The notes under the pieces were generated by a model. That model saw only the letters and a program-made list of their open reading frames with translations. It made no database searches and was not told the origin of the DNA. Source: Bacillus sp. AFS098217 (GTDB taxonomy: Bacteria; Bacillota; Bacilli; Bacillales; Bacillaceae_G). From it: 40,000 nt of DNA. The DNA lies in the NCBI RefSeq assembly GCF_002551815.1, contig NZ_NVPR01000004.1, forward strand, positions 3,166 to 43,165. Direction: 5' to 3'. The position numbers were made by a program, and so were the translations under genes. Positions 17,338 through 26,313 of this stretch are shown one piece after another. How positions within the stretch are numbered: the stretch's first letter is position 1; each line of letters opens with the position of its first letter.

Positions 17338-17737
17338 AAGACACTATTTTTGTCGTACGATTGCCACCTATATATGAAAGGTTACCGAAACTTTTTATTT
17401 CCTGTTGGTTTATGATGAGCGAACTTCGTTGTTCATTACTCGACAGTCGTTTTTTAATACTAGTAAGGTGATAAGATGTTGCGAACCTTGTTGCCTTTCA
17501 TGTCTAGTACATTTTAAATTCTCATTAATTCAAACGGTCTAAACGGAAGGGCTTTCTGCTCTTCTTTGAACTGATACATGCCTACCTATATTAAGTGTCG
17601 GTTCAAAGAAGTGTAGGAAAATATTCTTTTGACGAAAGGGCAACTGATGCATGGTTGCTCTTTTATTATGTCGATATATGACGAACGATTGATAAGGTAT
17701 TCGCGCTCTTTTTGTCGGATAATGGAGATAGAAGGAG

Positions 17738-18220
17738 ATGATAATTTTGGACAAATTAAATACTGTGGTTGAAGATTTATTAAAAGAAATTGATACAGAT
17801 TTTCGAGTTATAAAAACGTATATTAAAACGGTAGAAGGACTTTTAGAACAACAAGAAAATAAAGTCAGAGAAACTGCAACAACACTTTTACCTGTAATGC
17901 GTAAGATACAATCTAATATGTTTAATTTTATATCACAAGATGAGCGTTGGGTAACAAGAAAAGGTCCGATTTTGAAGTATAATGATAGTAAAAATTCGCT
18001 ATATATATTTTCAATAGAGAATGAGGGACCAATTATTTTGAATCTGGATACAGAACGAGAAACAATAATTAGTTATGATAAATTACTTAAGGAAGTTGAA
18101 TTTAATACAGTTATGGAAAGTCTTCTTTCAGTAGTTTCATATACTGGAGCATTGCATAAAAAATATCAAGGTATAATCGATAAGCGTGAAACAGAGTTGG
18201 TTAAATATCGAAATTTATAA
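17738..18220 (+). CDS. Orphan 160-aa protein of unknown function (likely start TTG 17747)
   Basis: The SD gaaggag abuts ATG 17738 with zero spacing, whereas the in-frame TTG 17747 lies 9 nt downstream of it. No domain recognised. It is preceded by a 410-nt ORF-poor leader. Confidence 0.6.
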   Translation: MIILDKLNTVVEDLLKEIDTDFRVIKTYIKTVEGLLEQQENKVRETATTLLPVMRKIQSNMFNFISQDERWVTRKGPILKYNDSKNSLYIFSIENEGPIILNLDTERETIISYDKLLKEVEFNTVMESLLSVVSYTGALHKKYQGIIDKRETELVKYRNL

Positions 18221-18231
18221 TCAATAAAAAG

Positions 18232-18250
18232 AGGACGCTCATGGCGTCCT
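18232..18250. terminator. Shared hairpin between the convergent 160-aa gene and hicB
   Basis: aggacgc / gcgtcct with a 5-nt loop. Read on the minus strand it is followed by ctttttatt, so it is a good hicB terminator. Confidence 0.6.
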
Positions 18251-18780
18251 TAATCATTATCCTTAAGATATCTATAGTATTCAGCATATTCACCTTTATG
18301 GTCATTATTATTTGCTTTTGTTTCATAGTCTTTATCATAAGGTAATTTTATATTTAACTGTTCTCTTAATGCATCTTGCAAGACTTGTGAAAAGTTTATA
18401 TTTTTTTGTACAGCTGCTTCATTTAACCATTGAGGTATAGTTAATGTTTTCTTTATAGCTTTATTATTTATAGCTTTTCTATATAAAGGCATATGGACTT
18501 CAATTTGTACCATTACTTTTTTAGAGATATCTTCATATAATTCTTTATCTAAAACAATTTGTTCTGGTGAAGTGGCTTCTGGTATTTCCATATTGTCCAA
18601 CTCTTTAAAATGTAGAATCGTTCCTAAAATCTCTTTTGCATTTTTTAAAGCTTCTTGGAAAGTATCTCCTTGTGTATGGCAACCTAGTATATCGGGAAAT
18701 GAAACGCTCCATGAAGTTTCATCTGGATATTGCTCTAAGATCGCCGTGAAACTGTAAAAGTCTTTGTAATTGTTTTTCAT
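18250..18780 (-). CDS. hicB: HicB-family antitoxin with a C-terminal ribbon-helix-helix domain
   Basis: 176 aa. N-terminal HicB fold pattern (FTAILEQYPDETSWSVSFPDILGCHTQGDTFQEALKNAKE). C-terminal RHH-like KKTLTIPQWLNEAAVQKNINFSQVLQDALREQL. Confidence 0.85.
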   Translation of the reverse strand: MKNNYKDFYSFTAILEQYPDETSWSVSFPDILGCHTQGDTFQEALKNAKEILGTILHFKELDNMEIPEATSPEQIVLDKELYEDISKKVMVQIEVHMPLYRKAINNKAIKKTLTIPQWLNEAAVQKNINFSQVLQDALREQLNIKLPYDKDYETKANNNDHKGEYAEYYRYLKDND

Positions 18781-18852
18781 AATGTAACCACCTTTTTAAT
18801 TTGTTTATTTTTAATTGATTTTTGGTTATATTAGTATCATACAGTTTTTAGA

Positions 18853-18886
18853 AAAGCAGAGGGGTTAAAACCCCTTTATCTGCTTT
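18853..18886 (-). terminator. Hairpin between hicA and hicB that includes the hicA stop codon
   Basis: gggg/cccc (18861-18864 / 18871-18874) plus an outer gcaga/tctgc (18856-18860 / 18879-18883). On the minus strand it is followed by ttttc. Confidence 0.45.
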
Positions 18887-19068
18887 ACAATTTTATGAGC
18901 GGTTCCAGTTGCAACATCTTTGACGGGATGAGGTATCGAAATGTGATACGGTGCTTCTGGTTTGGTGAAGATTACATGGTCACCTTTACCGCGCTTTTTA
19001 CTTGGCTGACGTTCCCAATGGTGTTCTTCAGCCATTTTTATTAATTGTTTAGAACTGTATGACGGCAA
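18865..19068 (-). CDS. hicA: HicA-family mRNA-interferase toxin
   Basis: 67 aa. The pattern SSKQLIKMAEEHHWERQPSKKRGKGDHVIFTKPEAPYHISIPHP ... GTAHKIVKQI is YcfA/HicA-like. TTG start 8 nt after aaaggag. Confidence 0.85.
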   Translation of the reverse strand: MPSYSSKQLIKMAEEHHWERQPSKKRGKGDHVIFTKPEAPYHISIPHPVKDVATGTAHKIVKQIKGF

Positions 19069-19127
19069 TTTCTTTTCTCCTTTCTTATGTATTCCGTTTC
19101 GTGTTCACCTCCTTAACGGTATATCTT

Positions 19128-19199
19128 ATTATAACACGTATTTTTTATACGTGCAATATAACATGTGTAATTCATACGTATTTTTTTGTACGTTTTTTT
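19128..19199 (-). promoter_or_regulatory. hicA promoter with an inverted-repeat operator and three ACGT(A)T6-7 direct repeats
   Basis: On the minus strand, -35 TTGCAC (19156-19151), a 17-nt spacer and -10 TATAAT (19133-19128). The spacer is filled by CACGTAT-N5-ATACGTG (19135-19153). Repeats lie at 19136-19146, 19176-19187 and 19190-19199. Confidence 0.55.
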
Positions 19200-19219
19200 A
19201 ATTTAATAAGGATATTATC

Positions 19220-19245
19220 AAGCATCCATTTGGGTGCTTTTTATT
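19220..19245 (+). terminator. Orphan plus-strand terminator-like hairpin
   Basis: aagcatcc / gggtgctt (one G-U pair), loop attt, T-run. There is no plus-strand gene upstream of it. Confidence 0.45.
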
Positions 19246-19272
19246 ATGTAAAAATTATATAGGTGGTGTAAG

Positions 19273-19419
19273 ATGACTAAATTGAATTTTAACAAAGCGA
19301 TACTATTATTCAATAAGTCGTACAACGGATTTCAATTTAAAGAATCAGAGTTAAAAGATGGGGAATTAAAAGAATGGGCAAAGGAAAATAGTTTGTTAAA
19401 GGAGAGTGACCAGAAATGA
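19273..19419 (+). CDS. 48-aa hypothetical protein, not in the ORF track
   Basis: ATG 19273 is preceded by ataggtggtg. Hand-translated as MTKLNFNKAILLFNKSYNGFQFKESELKDGELKEWAKENSLLKESDQK. Confidence 0.4.
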   Translation: MTKLNFNKAILLFNKSYNGFQFKESELKDGELKEWAKENSLLKESDQK

Positions 19420-19500
19420 TTACTGAAATTCGAAAGACTGTATCGGGTATTGAGTATTAGACTTGTTTAGAAGATATCTCGTTGGATTAGTGGTGAAATA

Positions 19501-19833
19501 ATGGCAAAGGAATATGCAAAGAAGTTTTATAGGTCTAAGGTATGGCAGAAGTGTAGAGCGGCATACGTGCAGTCTGTCTTTGGTTTGTGTGAACGTTGTG
19601 AGAGTCCGGGGAAAATAGTACATCATAAGGAATACATCACGCCATCTAACATTAATAATCCAGACATCACACTGAATCATGATAACCTCGAACTACTATG
19701 TCAAGACTGTCATAACAAGGAACACTTCGAGAAGTATTCACCGCTTCGTGAGGGATTAAGGTTTGATGATGATGGGAATTTGATTCAAATAAATATTAGA
19801 GAAAATAAAAAATGTTTTTTAAATATTTTTTAA
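19501..19833 (+). CDS. Phage-associated HNH endonuclease
   Basis: 110 aa with CERCESPGKIVHHKEY ... NLELLCQDCHNKEH. Its position immediately before terS is typical of cos-type HK97-like phages. Confidence 0.9.
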   Translation: MAKEYAKKFYRSKVWQKCRAAYVQSVFGLCERCESPGKIVHHKEYITPSNINNPDITLNHDNLELLCQDCHNKEHFEKYSPLREGLRFDDDGNLIQINIRENKKCFLNIF

Positions 19834-19839
19834 AAAATC

Positions 19840-19935
19840 CAATCCCCCCCTGAAAAAAATTAAAAATAAAATTTCGGTAGACCGTATGCCCCCATTCAAA
19901 AAACACATGGGTCGCACGCGTGGGGGGTGTGGTCA
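19840..19935 (+). other. Putative cos (cohesive end) region
   Basis: GC-tract cluster in an AT-rich spacer between HNH and terS: ccccccc (19844-19850), gccccc (19889-19894), and the palindrome cacgcgtg followed by gggggg (19922-19927). Confidence 0.5.
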
Positions 19936-19953
19936 TGAAAGGAGTGATTATTT

Positions 19954-20316
19954 ATGAGCGATAGTCAAGATATAGAAAAAGAAAAAAGAATAAAGCGCGA
20001 AATGACAAGATTAAATAGCCTATTGAGGAATTTAGAACCTAAGAAAAAAAGAGCGGTATCTTCCCTCATAAAGAACGCTGCTTTTATGGCCATCACTTTA
20101 GAAGATTTACAAGAGGAAATTAATGAGAAAGGTGTTACGGAACAATATCAAAATGGAGCAAATCAGTTTGGGATTAAGAAATCATCGGCAGTAGAAGTAT
20201 ATAACACCATGATTAAAAATCATGTTCAAGTTATGAAACAACTAACAGATTTATTACCAAAAGAACCGCCTAATTCGGAAAGTGATGGGTTCGAAGAATT
20301 TGTGAATAGCAAATGA
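19954..20316 (+). CDS. Terminase small subunit, P27 family
   Basis: 120 aa. Size, position and a central pattern (ITLEDLQEEINEKGVTEQYQNG ... KKSSAVEVYNTMIKNH) fit the family. Confidence 0.8.
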   Translation: MSDSQDIEKEKRIKREMTRLNSLLRNLEPKKKRAVSSLIKNAAFMAITLEDLQEEINEKGVTEQYQNGANQFGIKKSSAVEVYNTMIKNHVQVMKQLTDLLPKEPPNSESDGFEEFVNSK

Positions 20317-22013
20317 GTAAAAGGGAAAGAAAACAATATCCTTTAACTTATAATCCCATCATTGAATATTACAATAAGATTGAATCTGGCGAGGAAATTG
20401 TATCTAATAAGGTTAGGCGGATTTATAAGAAACTTGTTGAGGATATTCATGATACGTCTTCAGAGTATGAATATGATGCTAAAAAGGCCAATCATATTAT
20501 TGAATTTATTGAGAACTTTTGCAAACATTCAAAAGGTAAATGGGGCGGTAAACCTATTGAATTGGAAATTTGGCAAAAGGCTTTTTTAGCGGCAGCGTTC
20601 GGTTTTGTGCACAAAATTGATGGGACAAGAAAACATAGGGAAATCCTTTTAATTGTTGCACGTAAAAACGGGAAATCTACCATAGCATCGGGTATTGGTT
20701 TGTACTTACAAGTTGCTGATGGAGAACCAGGTGCGGAAGTATATGCTGTAGCAACAAAGTTAGATCAAGCTAAGTTGGTTTGGCTTGATGCTAAAAGAAT
20801 GGTGAAGAAATCACCAGTATTATTAAAACGGATTAAGCCACTTGTCCGTGAATTGAATGCAGATTTTAATGACAGTACATTCAAACCATTGGGAAGCGAT
20901 TCTGAAACATTGGATGGTCTAAACGTACACGGTGCAATGATGGATGAAATTCACGCTTGGAAAGATAAAAATTTGTACGATGTTATTGTGGACGGTACAT
21001 CATCACGCGAACAGCCAATGATTTTCATGATTACTACAGCTGGAACAATTCGTGAATCTGTATATGACATGAAATATGAAGAAGCAGAGATGATACTTAA
21101 CGGTATTGATGATCCGGAAGGTTATAAAGATGACCGCTTTTTACCAATTATCTATGAATTAGATAAACGAGAAGAGTGGATTGACCCATCAAAGTGGAAA
21201 AAAGCAAACCCTGGGCTGGGAACTATAAAAAAGACAGATCAATTAGAGACAAAAGTTAATAAGGCAAAAGCAAATCCATTATTAGTGAAAAACTTGTTAA
21301 CGAAAGATTTTAATATTCGGGAAACATCAACGGAAGCATGGTTGACTTTTGAACAATTAAATAATCCAGAGAAATTTAATATTGAAGAATTAAAGCCTTC
21401 ATACGGTATTGGTGGTTGTGATTTATCAGCAACAACTGATTTAACCGCAGCGAAGGTTATTTTTATGGTTCCAGATGACCCGCATATATACGTTAAACAA
21501 ATGTATTGGCTTCCTGAAGATTTACTTGAGCAGAGAAGTAAAGAAGATAAAATCCCTTATGACTTATGGTATCAACAAGAATTACTGAGAACTACACCTG
21601 GTAATTCTGTTCACTACAAATTTGTTACTGAATGGTTCTTAGAGATAAGAGATAAATATGGTATCTATCTTCCATGGATTGGATATGATAGGTGGTCGGC
21701 AAAATATTGGGTCGAAGAAATGGAAGGATACTTTGGTAAAGAAGCAATGATTCCAATTGCACAAGGTAAACAAACGCTTTCTAGTCCTATGAAGTTATTA
21801 GGAGCAGACTTAGAGTCGAAATTAGTGAATTACAATAATAATAGTATTGATAAGTGGTGTCTTTCTAATACAGCCATTGATATTGATAAAAACCTTAATA
21901 TACAGCCTAACAAAACGAATAATCAACGTAGAAGGATTGACGGAACCGCAGCTCTTTTAAATGCATATGTGGTACTTCAAGAGAAACGTAATGATTACTT
22001 AAATATGATTTGA
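20313..22013 (+). CDS. Terminase large subunit
   Basis: 566 aa with Walker A ARKNGKST and MMDEIHAW (Walker B region). ATGA overlap with terS. Confidence 0.95.
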   Translation: MSKRERKQYPLTYNPIIEYYNKIESGEEIVSNKVRRIYKKLVEDIHDTSSEYEYDAKKANHIIEFIENFCKHSKGKWGGKPIELEIWQKAFLAAAFGFVHKIDGTRKHREILLIVARKNGKSTIASGIGLYLQVADGEPGAEVYAVATKLDQAKLVWLDAKRMVKKSPVLLKRIKPLVRELNADFNDSTFKPLGSDSETLDGLNVHGAMMDEIHAWKDKNLYDVIVDGTSSREQPMIFMITTAGTIRESVYDMKYEEAEMILNGIDDPEGYKDDRFLPIIYELDKREEWIDPSKWKKANPGLGTIKKTDQLETKVNKAKANPLLVKNLLTKDFNIRETSTEAWLTFEQLNNPEKFNIEELKPSYGIGGCDLSATTDLTAAKVIFMVPDDPHIYVKQMYWLPEDLLEQRSKEDKIPYDLWYQQELLRTTPGNSVHYKFVTEWFLEIRDKYGIYLPWIGYDRWSAKYWVEEMEGYFGKEAMIPIAQGKQTLSSPMKLLGADLESKLVNYNNNSIDKWCLSNTAIDIDKNLNIQPNKTNNQRRRIDGTAALLNAYVVLQEKRNDYLNMI

Positions 22014-22026
22014 GGGAGGTGAGAAA

Positions 22027-23250
22027 TTGGGGTTATTTAACAAGATATTCGGTAAGAAACAACCACCTACTACAACTCGTTTTGAAATGATAAACGATAA
22101 TGGAGGGGGCTTTTTTTCGTGGAATGGAGATATCTATCAGAGTGATATTATCAGAGCTTGTATACGTCCGAAAGCAAAGGCTGTTGGAAAATTAGTCGCT
22201 AAACATATAAGGGATAATGCAAATGAATTTAAAGTGAATCCTGAGCCATATATCAGATTTATTTTAGAAGAGCCGAACCCATTAATGACAGGTCAAATAT
22301 TTCAAGAAAAAATGACCGTGCAATTAGAGTTGAATCATAACGCATTCGCTTATATTAAGCGTGATGAACTCGGTTTTCCAACTGAAATTTATCCTATACC
22401 ATGTGTAACTGTAGAAGTTGTAGAAGGAATACAAGGCGATATTTTTCTAACTTTTTATTTTAAAAATGGTAAGAGAATGACTGTTCCATATGTCGATATT
22501 ATCCATCTTAGAAAAGATTTCAATGAAGACGATTTTTTTGGTGAACATCCAGGCAAAGCATTATCTTCATTAATGGACATTGTTACAACTACTGATCAAG
22601 GAATTGTAAAAGCAATTAAAAATAGTGCAGTGGTGAAATGGATATTAAAATTTAAATCTGTTTTAAAGCAAGAGGACATTGATACACAGGTTCAAAATTT
22701 TATTAAAAATTACTTGAGTATTGATAATGTTAACGGTGGCGCAGCTTCATCTGATCCGCGTTATGATTTAGAACAGGTTAAACCAGAAGCGTTTGTTCCA
22801 GATTCCAAACAAATGCAAGAAACAACACAAAGGATTTATAACTTCTTTAATATAAACGAAAAAATTATACAAAGTAAGTATACAGAGGATGAATGGAATG
22901 CTTACTATGAATCTGAAATCGAGCCATTAGCAATGCAGCTTGCTGGAGAATTTACCAGGAAGCTTTTTTCACGTCGCGAACGTGGTTTTGGTAACAAAAT
23001 TATTTTTGAAGCGGCAAGCCTTCAATACGCTTCTATGTCAACAAAAATGAATTTAGTTCAAATGGTTGATAGAGGAGCAATGACACCAAATGAATGGCGT
23101 TCCATTCTTTCATTGGGCCCGATTGAAGGCGGAGATAAACCAATTCGAAGACTAGATACAGCGTTAGTTAAAGATGGAAAGGTAACTGATAAAGGAGGTG
23201 GGGACAATGGACAAGACGGAAACAAGGGAAATAGTGTCGCAGAAGATTGA
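22027..23250 (+). CDS. Portal protein, HK97 family
   Basis: 407 aa, with position and size typical of this family. TTG start. Confidence 0.9.
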   Translation: MGLFNKIFGKKQPPTTTRFEMINDNGGGFFSWNGDIYQSDIIRACIRPKAKAVGKLVAKHIRDNANEFKVNPEPYIRFILEEPNPLMTGQIFQEKMTVQLELNHNAFAYIKRDELGFPTEIYPIPCVTVEVVEGIQGDIFLTFYFKNGKRMTVPYVDIIHLRKDFNEDDFFGEHPGKALSSLMDIVTTTDQGIVKAIKNSAVVKWILKFKSVLKQEDIDTQVQNFIKNYLSIDNVNGGAASSDPRYDLEQVKPEAFVPDSKQMQETTQRIYNFFNINEKIIQSKYTEDEWNAYYESEIEPLAMQLAGEFTRKLFSRRERGFGNKIIFEAASLQYASMSTKMNLVQMVDRGAMTPNEWRSILSLGPIEGGDKPIRRLDTALVKDGKVTDKGGGDNGQDGNKGNSVAED

Positions 23251-23791
23251 AATTAGAGAAGATGACAACGGAAATCGGACACTTATAGGATATGCAGTAA
23301 AGTGGGAAAAGAAATCTGTAGTCATGGGATATTACCGTAAATTTCGTGAGCAATTCAAAAATGGAGCGTTTACAGAAACGTTGCAAAACGATGACCAACG
23401 TTTCTTATGGTCTCACGATACCTCTAAAGTGTTAGGAAGAACAAAGAATAATACTTTACGTTTAAGTGAGGATGCTGTAGGTTTACGCTTTGAATTAGAT
23501 TTACCGAATACAACTTTAGGGAATGACACTTACGAATCTATCAAACGTGGTGATGTAGATGGTGTTTCATTTGGATTTAGCATGATAAGTGAAGAAATCC
23601 AAGAGCCAGATGATGATCTTATGCTACGAACTGTTACAAAAGCGAAATTATTAGAAGTTAGTGCAGTAGCTTTTCCAGCATACCCAGATTCAGAAGTAAG
23701 TGCTAGGGGATATGATCCTTATAAACATTTTGCAGAAGAAAAGAAGCGCTCGGAAAAACGTAAAAGACTATATTTACAAACATTATTATAA
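23207..23791 (+). CDS. HK97-family prohead protease
   Basis: ATG 23207 follows aaaggaggtgg. GYAVKWEK ... LWSHD ... VSFGF is the S78/U35 pattern. Confidence 0.9.
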   Translation: MDKTETREIVSQKIEIREDDNGNRTLIGYAVKWEKKSVVMGYYRKFREQFKNGAFTETLQNDDQRFLWSHDTSKVLGRTKNNTLRLSEDAVGLRFELDLPNTTLGNDTYESIKRGDVDGVSFGFSMISEEIQEPDDDLMLRTVTKAKLLEVSAVAFPAYPDSEVSARGYDPYKHFAEEKKRSEKRKRLYLQTLL

Positions 23792-23806
23792 AAGGTGGTC
23801 ATTAAC

Positions 23807-24991
23807 ATGAATAAAGAACAATTATTAAAACGTAAATCTGAAATTGGTGAATTATTAAGTGATGAAACTCGTTCTATTGATAACCTTGATGCGATTGAAA
23901 AAGAGTTACGAGACATTAATGAGCAGTTGGCTGCAATTGAAAAACGTGAACAGCTTTTAAATGAAGCACGCTCTATTAATGAAGGAAATGCAGCTGGCAC
24001 TAATAAAATTGAAACATTTAATACTGATCCATCAAATGAGCAACGTGAACTTGGTACGAATTCAGTTGAATATCGTAATGCTTTTATGAATTACGTATTA
24101 CGTGGTGAAACAATTCCAGCTGAACTACGTGCAAATGCTGTCACGAAAACAAGTGATATTGGTTCTGTTATCCCACAAACGGTATTAGATAAAATTATTG
24201 AAAAGATTGAAGCTGTAGGAATGATTCTACCTTTAATTACTCGTACAGCTATTAAAGGTGGCGTGACAGTACCAACTTCAGCAGTTAAACCAATTGCAAC
24301 ATGGGTCGCTGAAGGTTCTGGAAGTGATAAACAAAAGAAAACTACAGGAAGTATTACTTTTAACTATCATAAATTACGTTGTGCTGTAGCAGTTTCTCTT
24401 GAAGTAGATACAATGTCTCTAGCAGTGTTTGAAACAACATTAATTAATAACATTGTGGAAGCTATGACAAAAGCTATTGAACAGGCCATTGTTAGCGGTG
24501 ATGGATCTGGAAAACCAAAAGGAATTCTAGCAGAAACATCTATTGAGGGACAAGCGTTAGATGTTGCGAAAATCAATTACAAAACTTTAACAGATGCAGA
24601 AGCAGCTTTACCACTTGAATATGAAGCAAGCGCTGTTTGGACAATGACTAAAAAGACATTTATGCAATTTGCAGCAATGACGGATGATAATGGTCAACCA
24701 ATTGCACGAGTAAACTACGGTATTTCTGGAAAGCCTGAACGTATTTTACTAGGACGTCCAGTTGTTGTATGCAATTACGTTGAAAGTTTTGCAACAGCTA
24801 CTGAAGGAACTCCATTTGCTTTCTTATTTAATTACAAAGATTATGTTCTTAATACGAACTATCAGATGGGTGTTAAGAAATATGAAGATAACGAGACTGA
24901 TGATCTTGTTACAAAAGGAATTATGATTGTGGATGGTAAAGTTGTAGATAAAAACTCTTTAGTTGTTTTAAAAAAAGCTCCAGCAGCTTGA
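23807..24991 (+). CDS. Major capsid protein, HK97 family
   Basis: ATG 23807 follows aaaggtgg. It has an N-terminal coiled-coil delta-like region and then the capsid fold region. Confidence 0.9.
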   Translation: MNKEQLLKRKSEIGELLSDETRSIDNLDAIEKELRDINEQLAAIEKREQLLNEARSINEGNAAGTNKIETFNTDPSNEQRELGTNSVEYRNAFMNYVLRGETIPAELRANAVTKTSDIGSVIPQTVLDKIIEKIEAVGMILPLITRTAIKGGVTVPTSAVKPIATWVAEGSGSDKQKKTTGSITFNYHKLRCAVAVSLEVDTMSLAVFETTLINNIVEAMTKAIEQAIVSGDGSGKPKGILAETSIEGQALDVAKINYKTLTDAEAALPLEYEASAVWTMTKKTFMQFAAMTDDNGQPIARVNYGISGKPERILLGRPVVVCNYVESFATATEGTPFAFLFNYKDYVLNTNYQMGVKKYEDNETDDLVTKGIMIVDGKVVDKNSLVVLKKAPAA

Positions 24992-25006
24992 TAAAGGAGT
25001 GATACA

Positions 25007-25270
25007 ATGAATCATTTAGTCTTGAATGCTTTCATTGATAAAGAAACAAAAGTTGGATATTCACAGGGCGATATGTACGAGTCAACTGATTCAGAGCGTA
25101 TTGCCTTTTTAAATAAAGAAGGATATATTTCTGAATCTACACCATCAGATGAAGTTAGCTTAACCAATCTTAAAATAAAAGCAAAGACCCTTAAGGTTAA
25201 AGGTTACACGAAAATGGAAAAAGATGAATTAATACAAGCGATAGAAGCAATTGAAAAAGCAGGTGATTAA
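25007..25270 (+). CDS. Hypothetical head-associated protein with a C-terminal Rho-N/SAP-like helix pair
   Basis: 87 aa with KGYTKMEKDELIQAIEAIEKAG. Confidence 0.5.
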   Translation: MNHLVLNAFIDKETKVGYSQGDMYESTDSERIAFLNKEGYISESTPSDEVSLTNLKIKAKTLKVKGYTKMEKDELIQAIEAIEKAGD

Positions 25271-25271
25271 A

Positions 25272-25571
25272 ATGGTGGTTGAAATGACTTTACTCGAACG
25301 AGTCAAAAATGCGATGCGGGTTGATGGTACGGACCATGATGATGAGCTACAAGGGTTAATCGATACAGCAAAAGCCCTATTGAAAGAAGTAGGTGTTTTG
25401 GAAAAAAAAATCACCGATACTGATCCACTTATACGAAAAGCAGTTATCACTTACTGTAAGGCGGAGTTTGGTACAGATGCAAAAGATGGTGAACGGTTCG
25501 CTTGGTCATTTGAAGAAATGAAGAAATTGTTATCATTGTTGCAGTCTTATACGGCGGAGGACACAGTATGA
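25272..25571 (+). CDS. Head-tail connector (gp6-like) protein
   Basis: ATG 25272 lies just after the upstream stop. The N-terminal LLERVKNAMRVDGTDHDDELQGLIDTAKALL is typical. Confidence 0.75.
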   Translation: MVVEMTLLERVKNAMRVDGTDHDDELQGLIDTAKALLKEVGVLEKKITDTDPLIRKAVITYCKAEFGTDAKDGERFAWSFEEMKKLLSLLQSYTAEDTV

Positions 25572-25894
25572 GTTTGGATATGCGTCATCGTATTGACATT
25601 TACTCCAATATAAAGGTAACCAATGAGCTAAATGAAAAAGATTGTGAATGGATCAAGATTAAATCAGTTTGGGCAGCTATTATTCCACAAACTGGACATC
25701 TTCAAAAACAAGTAGCTGAGACGATTTTGACACATGTTACTCATAAAATTATAGTTCGTTATGAATCTGGTAAAGATATTACCAAAGATATGAAGATTAA
25801 ATTTAATGGTAACCAGTTTGAAATTAAATATATTCTCAACCCTTATTTTAAAAATGAAACGCTAGAAATTTTCTGTCAGGAGTTGATGGAATAA
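25568..25894 (+). CDS. Head closure / head-tail adaptor protein
   Basis: 108 aa with ATGA overlap and the expected position. Confidence 0.7.
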   Translation: MSLDMRHRIDIYSNIKVTNELNEKDCEWIKIKSVWAAIIPQTGHLQKQVAETILTHVTHKIIVRYESGKDITKDMKIKFNGNQFEIKYILNPYFKNETLEIFCQELME

Positions 25895-26313
25895 TGGAGA
25901 TTCATGGGCTAACAGAATTCCAGAGAGATTTACTAGCGGTTGCTGAAGTTAAGTTTCCAAAAGAAAGTAAAAAAATCATGCGTAAAATTGGTAGTAAAGC
26001 AAGAACTCAAGTTGCAAGAAAAGCAAGAATGGATATAAAAAAAATCACTGGTAATTACCATAAAAAATGGAAACGTGGCAAGGTTTTTAAAGGTCGTGGC
26101 GGTGGTTTAGTTGTTCGAGTTATTAATTCCAGTCCGCATGCCCACTTAATTGAAAATGGCCACCGTCAAGTTACAAAAAGCGGTCAAGAAGCTGGATTTG
26201 TCCCAGGGAAAAAGGTTCTTGATAGAGGGATGTTAGAATTTGAAGCAAGTGGAAAAATGGATGCGATGCTTTCAGTATGGTTGGATGATTTATTGGATAG
26301 TGGTCGATTATGA
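25894..26313 (+). CDS. HK97 gp10-family tail-component protein
   Basis: 139 aa with SPHAHLIENGH. Confidence 0.75.
   Translation: MEIHGLTEFQRDLLAVAEVKFPKESKKIMRKIGSKARTQVARKARMDIKKITGNYHKKWKRGKVFKGRGGGLVVRVINSSPHAHLIENGHRQVTKSGQEAGFVPGKKVLDRGMLEFEASGKMDAMLSVWLDDLLDSGRL

Noticed and set aside
17539-17754. Minus-strand 71-aa ORF in the 410-nt leader
   Set aside because: It has a TTG start with no SD upstream and overlaps the RBS and start of the 160-aa gene. I treated the region as non-coding leader instead, though coding cannot be strictly excluded.
19059-19262. Plus-strand 67-aa hydrophobic ORF across the hicA promoter
   Set aside because: Its Phe/Ile/Tyr-rich product comes from T-rich regulatory DNA, it has no SD, and it overlaps the hicA start.
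19416-19460. 14-codon ORF (MITEIRKTVSGIEY) overlapping the 48-aa ORF stop, with an aaggag SD 10 nt upstream
   Set aside because: It is too short to support without conservation or ribosome profiling data, so I noted it only.
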